41,068 nucleotides of DNA from an uncultured Polyangiaceae bacterium (GCA_964537685.1 CAZICM010000013.1:64132-105199); one strand, 5' to 3'; shown: positions 18,718 to 28,132, counted from the stretch's first letter. Numbers and translations are program-made. Notes: generated by a model not told the origin, from the letters alone.

Positions 18718-21069
18718 TCAACGGAATGGCTTCACATTCGCCCGTGCCCAAGCAAGCACACGGCGGCGCTCACGCCCTGACAACCCATACACATCGAAAA
18801 TCAGCGCATCCAAGGCATCCTGCTCGGACTCCAAAATGCCCAAATTCCTCTTCGACAGCGCCAAACAAAACATTTTACATTTCAATTGAATATGTTTTTC
18901 AATCGGCCTGGGCGCGGGAATAGAGCGCAGATGCCCAATCTTCACCTGAGGCATTCCCTGCCGCGCATCCCGGAACGCATGATAATGAAACCAGCGCAAC
19001 AAGCTTGAATTCAGCAGCGAAAGCAGCACATACCAAGGCCACGCCCGATGTTCAAAACACGCCAGAAGCGAATTGCGGAAGGCATGGCCATCGTTTTTCG
19101 CCGCAATGGGATAACGCGCCGTCTGGCGCACCACAATCGGCACATTCCTATATTCAGACGCCGGACGCATTTTCGTTCCCAGCGCCTTGCGGTTTACAAA
19201 TAACCTCGGTTTCCCCAGGAAAAACGCCGAAACATCGGCCCCTTCCCGGATAGGCGCGTGAAAAGGCGCACCCGCTTCATCCATTTCAATCAAATATTTT
19301 CTCAATTCAGGCGTCGTCTGAAACCCGCGCTCTCCAAAAATCTCCGCGGGCAGCGGACTCATCGCCGACAGCCGCTCGAGCAAGGCCAAATCTTCCGTCG
19401 ACACATCGTTGCGATCGAGCGGCCAAATATCGCCCGGCGTTCGCATAAAGCCTTTTGTTTTGCGGTCTTTGCGCGCCTGCTTTGGTTGAACGAAGAGCCC
19501 GCGGCGCACCGACACAAGCGCCATGCACGGCTGAAACACACCTTCAAAAGCACCGTCCCCAAAATCGGTCAAAGGCTCAACAATATCGCACAGCGCATCG
19601 TGAGCTCTTCTCACCGGCTCATAACCTTTTAAATCGGCGACCGACGTAGGCAGCACCAAACCCAGGCGCCCGCCCTCCACCAGAAGCGCCGCCGCCACAT
19701 ACACAAACGCTCCATGCGTCGTCCGATACCCTCCAAATGCCGGATTCTCCGCGCATAAAAAGGCATGCAGCGAAGACTCCATACGCTGAACAGCCCTGCC
19801 CGCATGCGCAATCCAGGGAGGATTGCCGATTACCACATCAAAACCATTTCGCTTATCCGAGAAAATGAGCGGAAATAAATCGCTCCATCCAAAAGGCTGC
19901 CCGGAAAAATCAATTGTTTTCTTTATCGTTTTCTTTATTGCTTTTTGCGGGCGGGCCGCTGCCCTCTTTGGGCTCCGCGCGGGAACTTTTCCAAGCAATG
20001 AGTTTGCCACACGAATGTGTTTGAATACCTTCGTATTGGGAAATCCCAAACGGACTGTTTCCATCCACAAAGCCATGCGGCAGAGCTCCACGGCCATTGG
20101 ATTGATATCCACACCGTAAATACAGCGGCCCGCGACATCCGAAAACGCTTGAGCCTTCATGGCGCGGGAAGGCTTCTTGGGCGCCGCCCTCGCGCCCGCG
20201 AGCTCCACAGCGATACGGCGGGCCGCCTCCGACAGAAAAAACCCGGATCCGCACGAAGGATCGCACACCCGCAATTGCAACAAAGCCCGCTCCGCACCGG
20301 GCGCTCGCATGGCCTTCTCAAGCTGCGGCGAAAGCGCCTCATCCAGCACCCGCGCAATCACCTCGGGCGGCGTGTAATAACTCCCCGTTCCCCTCCGCTC
20401 ATGCTCGCCCAAAGAGCGCACATCGAAGCGAAGATTCATTAAATCGTCGAGATCGATGGAAGGATGCAATTCGAGCAGGCATTCATAGGCTTCAGCCAGC
20501 TCATCCAAGCGGATATTTAAAATATTCAGATAGCGCGGCCCGGCTTTACCCTTCTCCCAAAACAAATACCGGAACACACAAAACAGCGTTTCATTCGGAA
20601 GCGAGCACGAAAACAAAAGCCTATCGTCGACGGCCTCTTCAAAAAGAGCACCCAGCGCGGCAATGCCCAATTTGTCCGACCCTTGCCGGCACAATTGCAT
20701 TGCATCACAAAAAGACTGCCAAATATTTTTTTGAGATTGAACCTTTATAATTCCGCCCAGCCGTATAAATCGAAAAATACCTTTATCTCTAGCGTAACGC
20801 GCGCGCAAAAGCCGGGGAGTGTCCGCATTGAACAGACCGCCGGAACACTCGATGATTGCCATGAAAACAATACGATAGACAAGACAGAGCAATTTCTTAT
20901 AAAAAGCCGGCCCGCTCAGCCGCCGGTATTTGAGCGCCCTGCGCAGCGCTTCATTGGATGGATGGCGCAGAAAGCCTCCCGCAAGCGCAAAGACCGACAT
21001 TTCAAGGCGCACGCGAAGCTCGGTGGACTGCTCGGCGAAGGCGGGAAGCGCGGCCGTTTTAGAGGGCAC
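18718..21069 (-). CDS. Gamma-class N6-adenine DNA methyltransferase with a roughly 230-aa N-terminal extra domain and a TaqI-like C-terminal target-recognition domain. This is a possible Type IIG (MmeI-like) RM enzyme or an orphan MTase.
   Basis: Motif I is VCDPSCGSGFFL. Motif IV is VVIGNPPW (NPPW). YGVDINPMAVELCRMAL lies between them. The single polypeptide is 783 aa and no separate REase gene is adjacent. An in-frame 12-bp tandem duplication (KKTIKKTI) occurs at about 19917-19941. Confidence 0.75.
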   Translation of the reverse strand: MPSKTAALPAFAEQSTELRVRLEMSVFALAGGFLRHPSNEALRRALKYRRLSGPAFYKKLLCLVYRIVFMAIIECSGGLFNADTPRLLRARYARDKGIFRFIRLGGIIKVQSQKNIWQSFCDAMQLCRQGSDKLGIAALGALFEEAVDDRLLFSCSLPNETLFCVFRYLFWEKGKAGPRYLNILNIRLDELAEAYECLLELHPSIDLDDLMNLRFDVRSLGEHERRGTGSYYTPPEVIARVLDEALSPQLEKAMRAPGAERALLQLRVCDPSCGSGFFLSEAARRIAVELAGARAAPKKPSRAMKAQAFSDVAGRCIYGVDINPMAVELCRMALWMETVRLGFPNTKVFKHIRVANSLLGKVPARSPKRAAARPQKAIKKTIKKTIDFSGQPFGWSDLFPLIFSDKRNGFDVVIGNPPWIAHAGRAVQRMESSLHAFLCAENPAFGGYRTTHGAFVYVAAALLVEGGRLGLVLPTSVADLKGYEPVRRAHDALCDIVEPLTDFGDGAFEGVFQPCMALVSVRRGLFVQPKQARKDRKTKGFMRTPGDIWPLDRNDVSTEDLALLERLSAMSPLPAEIFGERGFQTTPELRKYLIEMDEAGAPFHAPIREGADVSAFFLGKPRLFVNRKALGTKMRPASEYRNVPIVVRQTARYPIAAKNDGHAFRNSLLACFEHRAWPWYVLLSLLNSSLLRWFHYHAFRDARQGMPQVKIGHLRSIPAPRPIEKHIQLKCKMFCLALSKRNLGILESEQDALDALIFDVYGLSGRERRRVLAWARANVKPFR

Positions 21070-21128
21070 GCGGCCCTCGTAGCCGTGTTGATTGAAAGGC
21101 GCAAGAATGAAGTGAAATCGTTATCGCT

Positions 21129-21533
21129 TCAGGGAACGAGGCCGCCCATTCCTTCTTTTTCGAGCGAGTCGGAAAGCGCGCAGCCGCCCAATCCAGATTT
21201 CTTGGCTTCATCGCGGAGCGCAACCGCTTGTTCTTCCGCTGTTTTCACGGCCAATAGCGTCCTAAAATAAATGCCATCCGGATTATCAATGCGGCCGGAG
21301 AGCCAATCCGACCGTTTTTGCCCTGCATTCATTGGGTCTTCCCCGGCATCGATACTTCCGAGTTTATCCACATCGCACATGAGCGCGATGGCCTGGGCAT
21401 AACTCTGTTTGCCCTCGGCATTTTCAGGCGATTTGGCCTCGGGAGCGGAAGCCTGACATCCGGCCGCCGTTAAAGCGGCGAACCCCAGCATCAGCCCCAA
21501 TTTCAGTGCAGCTCGTTTTTTCATGGCGAACAA
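21129..21533 (-). CDS. Small lipoprotein, hypothetical.
   Basis: The sequence MKKRAALKLGLMLGFAALTAAGCQA has a signal peptide and lipobox. The ORF start given is a TTG, so the ATG at 21524 is more likely. It is about 130 aa. Confidence 0.55.
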   Translation of the reverse strand: MFAMKKRAALKLGLMLGFAALTAAGCQASAPEAKSPENAEGKQSYAQAIALMCDVDKLGSIDAGEDPMNAGQKRSDWLSGRIDNPDGIYFRTLLAVKTAEEQAVALRDEAKKSGLGGCALSDSLEKEGMGGLVP

Positions 21534-21603
21534 AACACACGGGCGGTGAAAGGCTTGGGTCAGGATGCTTGACCGCCAGAAAAGGCCGCGATAATCGGCG
21601 CCA

Positions 21604-23253
21604 ATGAGCGAATTTCAATTTCAGGACATGCTGCCCACCGGCAAGGACGAAACGCCTTACCGCAAACTCAGCTCGGACTATGTTTCAACCTTCGAAGCTG
21701 CGGGAAAAACATTTTTAAAGGTCGAGCCCGAAGCGCTGAGGCTTTTAACCCGCGAGGCCATGCGCGACATTGCGCATCTATTGAGGCCGGGACATCTGGC
21801 GCAGGTACGCGCTATTTTGGACGACAAAGAAGCCTCGCCCAACGATCGCTTTGTGGCGATGGAGCTTCTTAAAAACGCCTGCATTGCGGCGGGCTATGTA
21901 TTGCCCTCCTGCCAGGACACCGGAACCGCCATTATCGTGGGCAAAAAAGGGCAATATGTGTTTACGGGCGGAGGCGATGAAGAGGCCATCGCGCACGGTG
22001 TGTACGACACCTATGTGACGACGAATCTGCGCTATTCGCAGCTCGCGCCGCTCGATATGTACAAGGAAGTCAATACCAACAACAACCTGCCCGCGCAGAT
22101 TGAAATATACGCCACCGATGGGGATGCCTATAAATTCTTATTTATTGCAAAAGGAGGCGGCTCGGCCAATAAAAGCTATTTGTACCAAGAAACCAAAGCC
22201 CTTTTAAATCCAGCCAGTTTGCTCGCTTTTGCGGAGGCGAAAATCCGCACCCTGGGCACGGCCGCATGCCCGCCATATCACCTATCCGTTGTCATTGGCG
22301 GCACATCCGCTGAATACACGCTCAAAGTCGCCAAGCTGGCATCGGCGCGCTATTTGGACACCCTGCCCCAAAATGGAAATACCTTGGGAAGAGGCTTTCG
22401 CGATATAGAAATGGAGCAAAAAATACTAGAGATTGCCCAGCGGACAGGAATTGGCGCCCAATTCGGTGGTAAATATTTCTGTCACGATGTGCGGGTGATC
22501 CGCCTTCCCCGCCACGGTGCATCTTGTCCCGTTGGCATTGCGGTTTCCTGTTCGGCCGATCGCCAAGCGCTGGGCAAAATTACGGCCGATGGCGTGTTTT
22601 TGGAGCAGCTCGAAACCGATCCGGCCAAGTATTTACCCGAGCCCACGGAAGCCGATATTCCGGCCAGCCAAGCCGTGCATATCGATCTCAACCGGCCCAT
22701 GAGTGAAATTAGGGCTGAATTGTCTAAATATCCGATCAAAACAAGATTAAGCCTCAACGGCCCGATGGTTGTGGCGCGGGATATTGCGCACGCGAAAATC
22801 AAAGAATTGCTCGATCGGGGAGAAGCCATGCCTCAATACATGCGCGATCGCATGGTGTACTACGCGGGCCCCGCGAAAACCCCTGAAGGCTATGCATCGG
22901 GCTCGTTTGGGCCTACAACCGCCGGCCGCATGGATGCCTATGTCGATTTATTTCAATCGAAAGGAGGCAGCTATGTGATGCTGGCCAAAGGCAACCGATC
23001 CAAAGCCGTCACCGAAGCCTGCAAAAAGCACGGTGGATTTTATTTAGGCTCTATCGGCGGCCCCGCCGCGCGCCTCGCAAAGGATTGCATTACCAAGGTC
23101 GAAGTGCTCGAATACCCGGAATTGGGCATGGAAGCCATTTGGAAAATCGAAGTTGTTGACTTCCCCGCCTTTATTGTTGTCGATGATAAGGGCAACGATT
23201 TCTTTGCCGATATCGATAAGCCCACGGCCAAGCACCTCGACGTGCTCAAATAA
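21604..23253 (+). CDS. fumA: Class I (Fe-S) fumarate hydratase.
   Basis: There is near-colinear identity to E. coli FumA over the full length. Matching segments include [119 protein letters not shown] and [13 protein letters not shown]. Confidence 0.95.
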   Translation: MSEFQFQDMLPTGKDETPYRKLSSDYVSTFEAAGKTFLKVEPEALRLLTREAMRDIAHLLRPGHLAQVRAILDDKEASPNDRFVAMELLKNACIAAGYVLPSCQDTGTAIIVGKKGQYVFTGGGDEEAIAHGVYDTYVTTNLRYSQLAPLDMYKEVNTNNNLPAQIEIYATDGDAYKFLFIAKGGGSANKSYLYQETKALLNPASLLAFAEAKIRTLGTAACPPYHLSVVIGGTSAEYTLKVAKLASARYLDTLPQNGNTLGRGFRDIEMEQKILEIAQRTGIGAQFGGKYFCHDVRVIRLPRHGASCPVGIAVSCSADRQALGKITADGVFLEQLETDPAKYLPEPTEADIPASQAVHIDLNRPMSEIRAELSKYPIKTRLSLNGPMVVARDIAHAKIKELLDRGEAMPQYMRDRMVYYAGPAKTPEGYASGSFGPTTAGRMDAYVDLFQSKGGSYVMLAKGNRSKAVTEACKKHGGFYLGSIGGPAARLAKDCITKVEVLEYPELGMEAIWKIEVVDFPAFIVVDDKGNDFFADIDKPTAKHLDVLK

Positions 23254-23319
23254 AATCAATCGTAGAAATACTCATTCCCGGTGACAGGCGCCCTCCGAAT
23301 CGCATAAGATGCCGGCCTT

Positions 23320-23325
23320 CAAGGA
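23320..23325 (+). promoter_or_regulatory. Shine-Dalgarno AAGGAG about 10 nt upstream of the ATG at 23336, which is the preferred start of the gasdermin-like gene.
   Basis: The sequence reads aaggagcgaggcaatATGggcatctgcacc. The alternative ATG at 23309 has no RBS. Confidence 0.55.
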
Positions 23326-23335
23326 GCGAGGCAAT

Positions 23336-24130
23336 ATGGGCATCTGCACCGACAAATCCACAACCTATCTCAAACAGCACGGCTACAACGTCGTCAGGCT
23401 TCCGCGCGAAGGCATCCGGCCTTTAGATTTAATCGGCCGCCAAAGGGATGCCGTGAATTATCTCGGGCGTCTCGACAAGCTTCTGACCCATCCCTCGCAC
23501 GCTCTGCCTTCGATTAAAAGCAACGCCGAGAGCGCCGAAATTCACGGTCAAACATCGAGCAAATTGCCTTTGGCCATCGGATTGAACGTATTGGACTCCA
23601 TTCTGTCCGCATTGGGAGCGGGCGCGGGCATAACAGCCAATTACAAAGGCGCGAAGACGCTTCAATTTGGATTTGGCAAGCCTTTGGTGGATACGGTGGC
23701 CCAACTCGATATTGGCCAATACTTAAAGAATGGCGAAATCGACGACGATAATTTAATCCTCAAAGAATACGTGCTCGGCAACGGCGATTTATTTATTATC
23801 ACCGAGACCATCAAGACCAATAAATTCACCGTTAGCGCCGAAGCATCGGGCGGAGGGGAATTTAAATTGGATGTGCCAGCCATTCAGCAATTGCTCAGCG
23901 CGGGCGTACAGGTGAGCGTGGACGCGAACAGCGCGGGCACCGTTAGCTATGAAGGGCCAAAGCTATTGGTCTTTGGATTTAAATGCGTTCAAATGGGCTG
24001 GACCGACGAAGGGATGCGCCTTGTCAATGTAAAGCCCGGGTCCGTTGCGATGGCGGCGGGCGATGAGGGCGCGCCGGAGATGCGGCCTTCTATCCTCGAT
24101 CCCAATGGATTGCTGGACATGGAGTTCTGA
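23336..24130 (+). CDS. Bacterial gasdermin-like pore-forming protein (bGSDM).
   Basis: The 264-aa protein starts MGICTDK, with Cys at position 4, which is the position of the palmitoylated N-terminal Cys in bGSDMs. An N-terminal HGYNVVRLPREGIRPLDLIG segment is present. Gly/Ala-rich amphipathic beta segments follow (LAIGLNVLDSILSALGAGAGITANYKGAKTLQFGFGKP; EGPKLLVFGFKCVQMGW). A short C-terminal tail is present. A caspase-like (CHAT) protease gene starts 5 nt after its stop. A local A/T-richer composition suggests horizontal acquisition. Confidence 0.75.
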   Translation: MGICTDKSTTYLKQHGYNVVRLPREGIRPLDLIGRQRDAVNYLGRLDKLLTHPSHALPSIKSNAESAEIHGQTSSKLPLAIGLNVLDSILSALGAGAGITANYKGAKTLQFGFGKPLVDTVAQLDIGQYLKNGEIDDDNLILKEYVLGNGDLFIITETIKTNKFTVSAEASGGGEFKLDVPAIQQLLSAGVQVSVDANSAGTVSYEGPKLLVFGFKCVQMGWTDEGMRLVNVKPGSVAMAAGDEGAPEMRPSILDPNGLLDMEF

Positions 24131-24135
24131 CCGTT

Positions 24136-26457
24136 ATGCTGCTCAATGCGGAGGAATTGGGCGAGCTCATGAGCCTGGCCGTCCAGAGCGGCCTGCTTTA
24201 CCATCGGGATTTGCTCCTTGAAGGCTTTCCAAAAATCATCCGGGATGAATTGCCCCTTAAAAAAGATCCTATTGAACAACTGCGAAGTGATCTGGAAATA
24301 TTAAATCGAATTCCAGCCACCGAACCGGAATTACCCGCCGCACCGCTTGAGATTTGGATAAGAAACGCTATCGGGTTTTTGCAGGGGGCGCCCGAGCAAG
24401 CGCTTCTCTACACATTGAGCCAACACCTTATTGAAAGGCGCCCGCATAAAACCAAATCGGCACCACCTCCGCCGGCCTACATGCCAACCAAAGGATTCTA
24501 TTTTTGGGGTGGCGACGATCGATTTTTAGATACATTCGAAAGAGTTCGCTCGCTTATCGATCCCGACCGGAGCGCGGGCGACGAACCGGAGACACCGCCG
24601 AGGCGCGATACAGGCGAAATCTCGGCTCCCCAAACGCCTGAACGCTTTGTGAATATCGGGCTTTCGGCCAAGGCGGAGCCCACGCAATTTTGCCCAAAAG
24701 ATCGCTGCCTGGACCCGGCTTCGGCCTACTATTGCTGGCTTGAAATAGGCGCTCTTCTCGAGCAGGGCGATACGCATGACAAGCCGGCCAAATTCCCCGC
24801 CGAGCTCCTGCCGGACGAGGCAATGCTTACCGTCGTATTGTTTACAAATCCCAATGGATTTGAATTAAATCCCGAGGCCGACCTGGGAAAACTCCTGCTG
24901 AACAAGGATGGCACGGTCACGGTTGCACGGCGCGCCTGCACGCCTGAGGGCATGAAAGAAAGCGATCCGCTCTTGGAGCGCAGATTATTCTTTCCCATTA
25001 AAACACCTGCGAAGGAGGGCGAATATTTTCTTCGCGTGAGCATTTATTATGAGAATGCGCTTGTGCAATCGCATCAGATGCGCATGAAAATCGGCGTTAA
25101 TACCTATACGCGGCAGGCCGTGTACACCGAGACGGATTACACGCTAAGCCGAAGCCTCCGAAAAAGCGCGATGGATTTTCTTCGCGGCCATCAGTTGAGC
25201 ATTTTTATGAATGAGAGCGAAGATGGCACGCATGGATTCCGATTCTTGGGAGGCGGCGATTATCACAAAAGCGTATTCCTCAATGACGGCGAAGTTACCA
25301 ATTTGATCCAAATGCTTCGCAATACCTTGAAGAAAGCTTGCTGGGACGAGGAAGCGGATTGGACGCCTCAGCAAGATCAATCCTACCGTTATGAAAACAG
25401 CGGCGATTTTGATTTATTGCAGCGAGACCTTGTCAATATGGCTATTGCGGGACACCGCGCCTACGATATGATCGCCGATCAGCTTGGAGCCGATTTCGAA
25501 GAAATTGACAAGCTCAAGGCTCAAATGCGGAGACCGGGCCAGCTCCAATTCGCGCTGAAGCAATCGGTACGCTTGTATTTGCCCATTGCGCTGTTTTACG
25601 ACCATGCGCTCGATAGCTGGCTCGATCCCAAAGAATTCTCTCTGTGCAATGCCTTTAAAGAGGCCGCGGCGCAGCATGATCATGGCCTCGAAGCGGCGGC
25701 CTGTTTTCAGGGCGACTGCCCCAATCGCGATAACGATCGAATTGTATGCCCAGGCGGATTCTGGGGCTTTCGGCATGCGCTTGGCCTGCCTCTCACCTTG
25801 GAAGGCGAAGAACAGCACTCGCTGGACCTGGAATACCCGCTTCCCGCCGACACCCCGCCTTCGATGACGGTTTCGGTCTGCGACACGCCCGATCTGGAGC
25901 ATGTTCAATCGCATATAGAAAAAATTCAATCGTTAATTCCGGCGGGGCAGCTTGGACTGGCGAAAACCCGCGATTCGACGATTGAATTATTAAAACAGCG
26001 CTCATCGCATTTGGTCTATTTCTATTGCCACGGCGGCGTAAGCGGCACCGTCCCCTTTTTGCAGATCGGCCCTTCCAAAAGCGATCGGATTGGCCGCGAC
26101 ACGCTCCGGGAAAAGCGTATCTCGTGGAAGAAGCCGCGCTCTTTGGTATTTATCAATGGCTGCCACACCACCGATTTAGAACCCGAGCGCGCCATCGATT
26201 TGGTATCCGGATTTGTGAGGACAGCCCAGGCATCCGGCGTTATTGGCACGGAAATCACCATTTTTGAACCATTGGCCGTCAGCTTTTCCCAATGGTTTTT
26301 TCAATTCTTTCTTAAAGAACAAAAATCCGTTGGTGAGTCCATCCGGCTCGCTAGGCTTCGCGTGCTGCAGCGAGAGCTCAATCCGCTTGGATTGGTCTAT
26401 ATTCCCTTCGCGGCCTCCACGCTTAAGATTTCATCGTCCGCTTCCGCTTCGCAATAA
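24136..26457 (+). CDS. CHAT-domain (caspase-like His-Cys) protease with a roughly 550-aa N-terminal region of unknown function. Predicted activating protease for the upstream gasdermin.
   Basis: The C-terminal 230 aa carry a caspase/CHAT catalytic dyad in beta-strand-turn context: His in SHLVYFYCHGGVSG (about aa 632) and Cys in SLVFINGCHTTD (about aa 676), separated by about 44 aa. The gene is translationally coupled to the gasdermin-like gene (TGA 24128-24130, ATG 24136). The N-terminal 100 aa are predicted helical (MLLNAEELGELMSLAVQSGLLYHRDLLLEGFPKIIRDELPLKKDPIEQLRSDLEILNRIP). Confidence 0.75.
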   Translation: MLLNAEELGELMSLAVQSGLLYHRDLLLEGFPKIIRDELPLKKDPIEQLRSDLEILNRIPATEPELPAAPLEIWIRNAIGFLQGAPEQALLYTLSQHLIERRPHKTKSAPPPPAYMPTKGFYFWGGDDRFLDTFERVRSLIDPDRSAGDEPETPPRRDTGEISAPQTPERFVNIGLSAKAEPTQFCPKDRCLDPASAYYCWLEIGALLEQGDTHDKPAKFPAELLPDEAMLTVVLFTNPNGFELNPEADLGKLLLNKDGTVTVARRACTPEGMKESDPLLERRLFFPIKTPAKEGEYFLRVSIYYENALVQSHQMRMKIGVNTYTRQAVYTETDYTLSRSLRKSAMDFLRGHQLSIFMNESEDGTHGFRFLGGGDYHKSVFLNDGEVTNLIQMLRNTLKKACWDEEADWTPQQDQSYRYENSGDFDLLQRDLVNMAIAGHRAYDMIADQLGADFEEIDKLKAQMRRPGQLQFALKQSVRLYLPIALFYDHALDSWLDPKEFSLCNAFKEAAAQHDHGLEAAACFQGDCPNRDNDRIVCPGGFWGFRHALGLPLTLEGEEQHSLDLEYPLPADTPPSMTVSVCDTPDLEHVQSHIEKIQSLIPAGQLGLAKTRDSTIELLKQRSSHLVYFYCHGGVSGTVPFLQIGPSKSDRIGRDTLREKRISWKKPRSLVFINGCHTTDLEPERAIDLVSGFVRTAQASGVIGTEITIFEPLAVSFSQWFFQFFLKEQKSVGESIRLARLRVLQRELNPLGLVYIPFAASTLKISSSASASQ

Positions 26458-28093
26458 GCGCCGTCAGCTCATCCCGCGTCACGCCCAGGCGCGCCGCCGT
26501 CTTATGCGCGAGCGAGGTTTTAGCTACGCCGCCGACAAAACCATAGGTTGGCCTCTCGCTTTTATCGAGTTCTACCTGAATAAATTCTAAATGCGGCACC
26601 GGCAATTCTTCCGAAAGGTGCGCCGCAAATTGAAGCAGGTGCGTGGACACAAAGGCTTGGGCTTCCATTTCGGGAAGCAATGAAATGACCAGCCTCGCAA
26701 TCTCTTCGCCCTCGGATGGATTTGTCCCGGAGCACAGCTCATCGAGAATGACAAGCGAACAGCGATCGAGATTTTCAAACATTCGCCGGATGCGCAAGAG
26801 CTCCATGCCCAATTGCCCCTCGGGCTGGTCGGCCCGCGCTTCGTCGAGCAGCGACACAAAAAGCCCTGAAAACCTAGGCAGCCGCGCCGATCGGGCAGGC
26901 ACGAAGAGACCCGCGCCCGCAAATAAATAGGCCAGCGCAAGCGATTGAAGCAGCCTGGTTTTTCCGCCTGAGTTTGGCCCCGTCACCAATACGACCGAAT
27001 CGGCATGCGCCGTGCGTAAATCACAAGGAACGGGGATCGTTTTGCCTTCCAATAAAAGCGGATTGAATAATCCCAATATTTCAATGCCGGGACATTCAGC
27101 AGCGTTTTGATTGCCAATCTCAATGAATTCGGGGAAGCAGACCGACAGCCCCTTGGCCAATACCCCGTCGCGAAAGCTGAGGGCAGCCAAGTAAAATTCC
27201 ATGTCGCCAAGCAATTGAAAGAGCGAGACCAAAACCGCTTCCATGCCTGTGAATACATCATCGAAGAGGCGTTCGACGACTTCGCCGCCATTCATGCGAT
27301 AACCGCGGAGCATCAGCCTCAGCTTGGCCAGCCATCGCCCCAGCGGAGATGCATGAAATGGGTTGTCTTGATTCTCCCGCACGGCAACAATTTGAAAGGT
27401 GCGCAGTTCTCCATCCGAGCCCAGGCGCACGCGCAGATCGACCGTGCCCAAATGAGCTTCATGATCGAGCAGGGCATCCAATCGCTTGTAGGATGGGCTT
27501 TCTAAAACAGCCTGCCCAAATGCCCGGATGCGCGATAGGCCCGATGTGGATTCATTGAATGAATTGGCCATCAATCCAATCAATGCATGAAGTGCCCTTA
27601 AAATATCGAGGCGCCGGATCTGCGCCGTAATAAAGCGTCCCGAGCATAAGAGCGCGCGAAAACGAACGATATCGGCATAAATGCTTTCAAATTGGCCACG
27701 AAGTATATCCGAGCCGGCCAGATCGCCTAAAATAGACCGCCTGAATTCCGTCTCGGCGAGATCGCTGGGCGGTTCGGAGAGGGCGCGCAGCAAATACCTC
27801 GCGCAGGGTTCGTACGCGCGGCCATTACATCGGATGGATAGAGAATTTTTTACAAGCTGATCCAAAAATAAATCGCGCTCGAAATAGGCGCGATCCCAAT
27901 CGGTTTTTGGAAGGCGGGCGCGGCCCATCGCTTGATCGAAATTCTCGACAGAACCGCTGGTTGCAAAGGCAAAAATTAAAATCTGCCGGAGTTCCTCGGC
28001 GTCGACGCGCACCAGAGGTTTTTCGCTTAGCAGATCGGGAAAGGGCAAGGGCGAAGGGGATGTGGCCATGAAGAATGCCGGATGGACAAGCAA
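26423..28093 (-). CDS. MutS-family ATPase paralog (MutS domain III core plus domain V ABC ATPase). It lacks mismatch-binding and Smr domains.
   Basis: The Walker A motif is LVTGPNSGGKTRLLQSLAL. The Walker B/D-loop is SLVILDELCSGTNPSEGEEIA. The His-loop is FVSTHLLQFA. The C-terminal helix PTYGFVGGVAKTSLAHKTAARLGV resembles MutS. The 556-aa protein's 3' end overlaps the CHAT protease gene by 35 nt in convergent orientation. Confidence 0.75.
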   Translation of the reverse strand: MLVHPAFFMATSPSPLPFPDLLSEKPLVRVDAEELRQILIFAFATSGSVENFDQAMGRARLPKTDWDRAYFERDLFLDQLVKNSLSIRCNGRAYEPCARYLLRALSEPPSDLAETEFRRSILGDLAGSDILRGQFESIYADIVRFRALLCSGRFITAQIRRLDILRALHALIGLMANSFNESTSGLSRIRAFGQAVLESPSYKRLDALLDHEAHLGTVDLRVRLGSDGELRTFQIVAVRENQDNPFHASPLGRWLAKLRLMLRGYRMNGGEVVERLFDDVFTGMEAVLVSLFQLLGDMEFYLAALSFRDGVLAKGLSVCFPEFIEIGNQNAAECPGIEILGLFNPLLLEGKTIPVPCDLRTAHADSVVLVTGPNSGGKTRLLQSLALAYLFAGAGLFVPARSARLPRFSGLFVSLLDEARADQPEGQLGMELLRIRRMFENLDRCSLVILDELCSGTNPSEGEEIARLVISLLPEMEAQAFVSTHLLQFAAHLSEELPVPHLEFIQVELDKSERPTYGFVGGVAKTSLAHKTAARLGVTRDELTALIAKRKRTMKS

Positions 28094-28132
28094 TACTGCA
28101 TTAGGTTTCAGCGCGGATCGAAGTTCTGCCGA

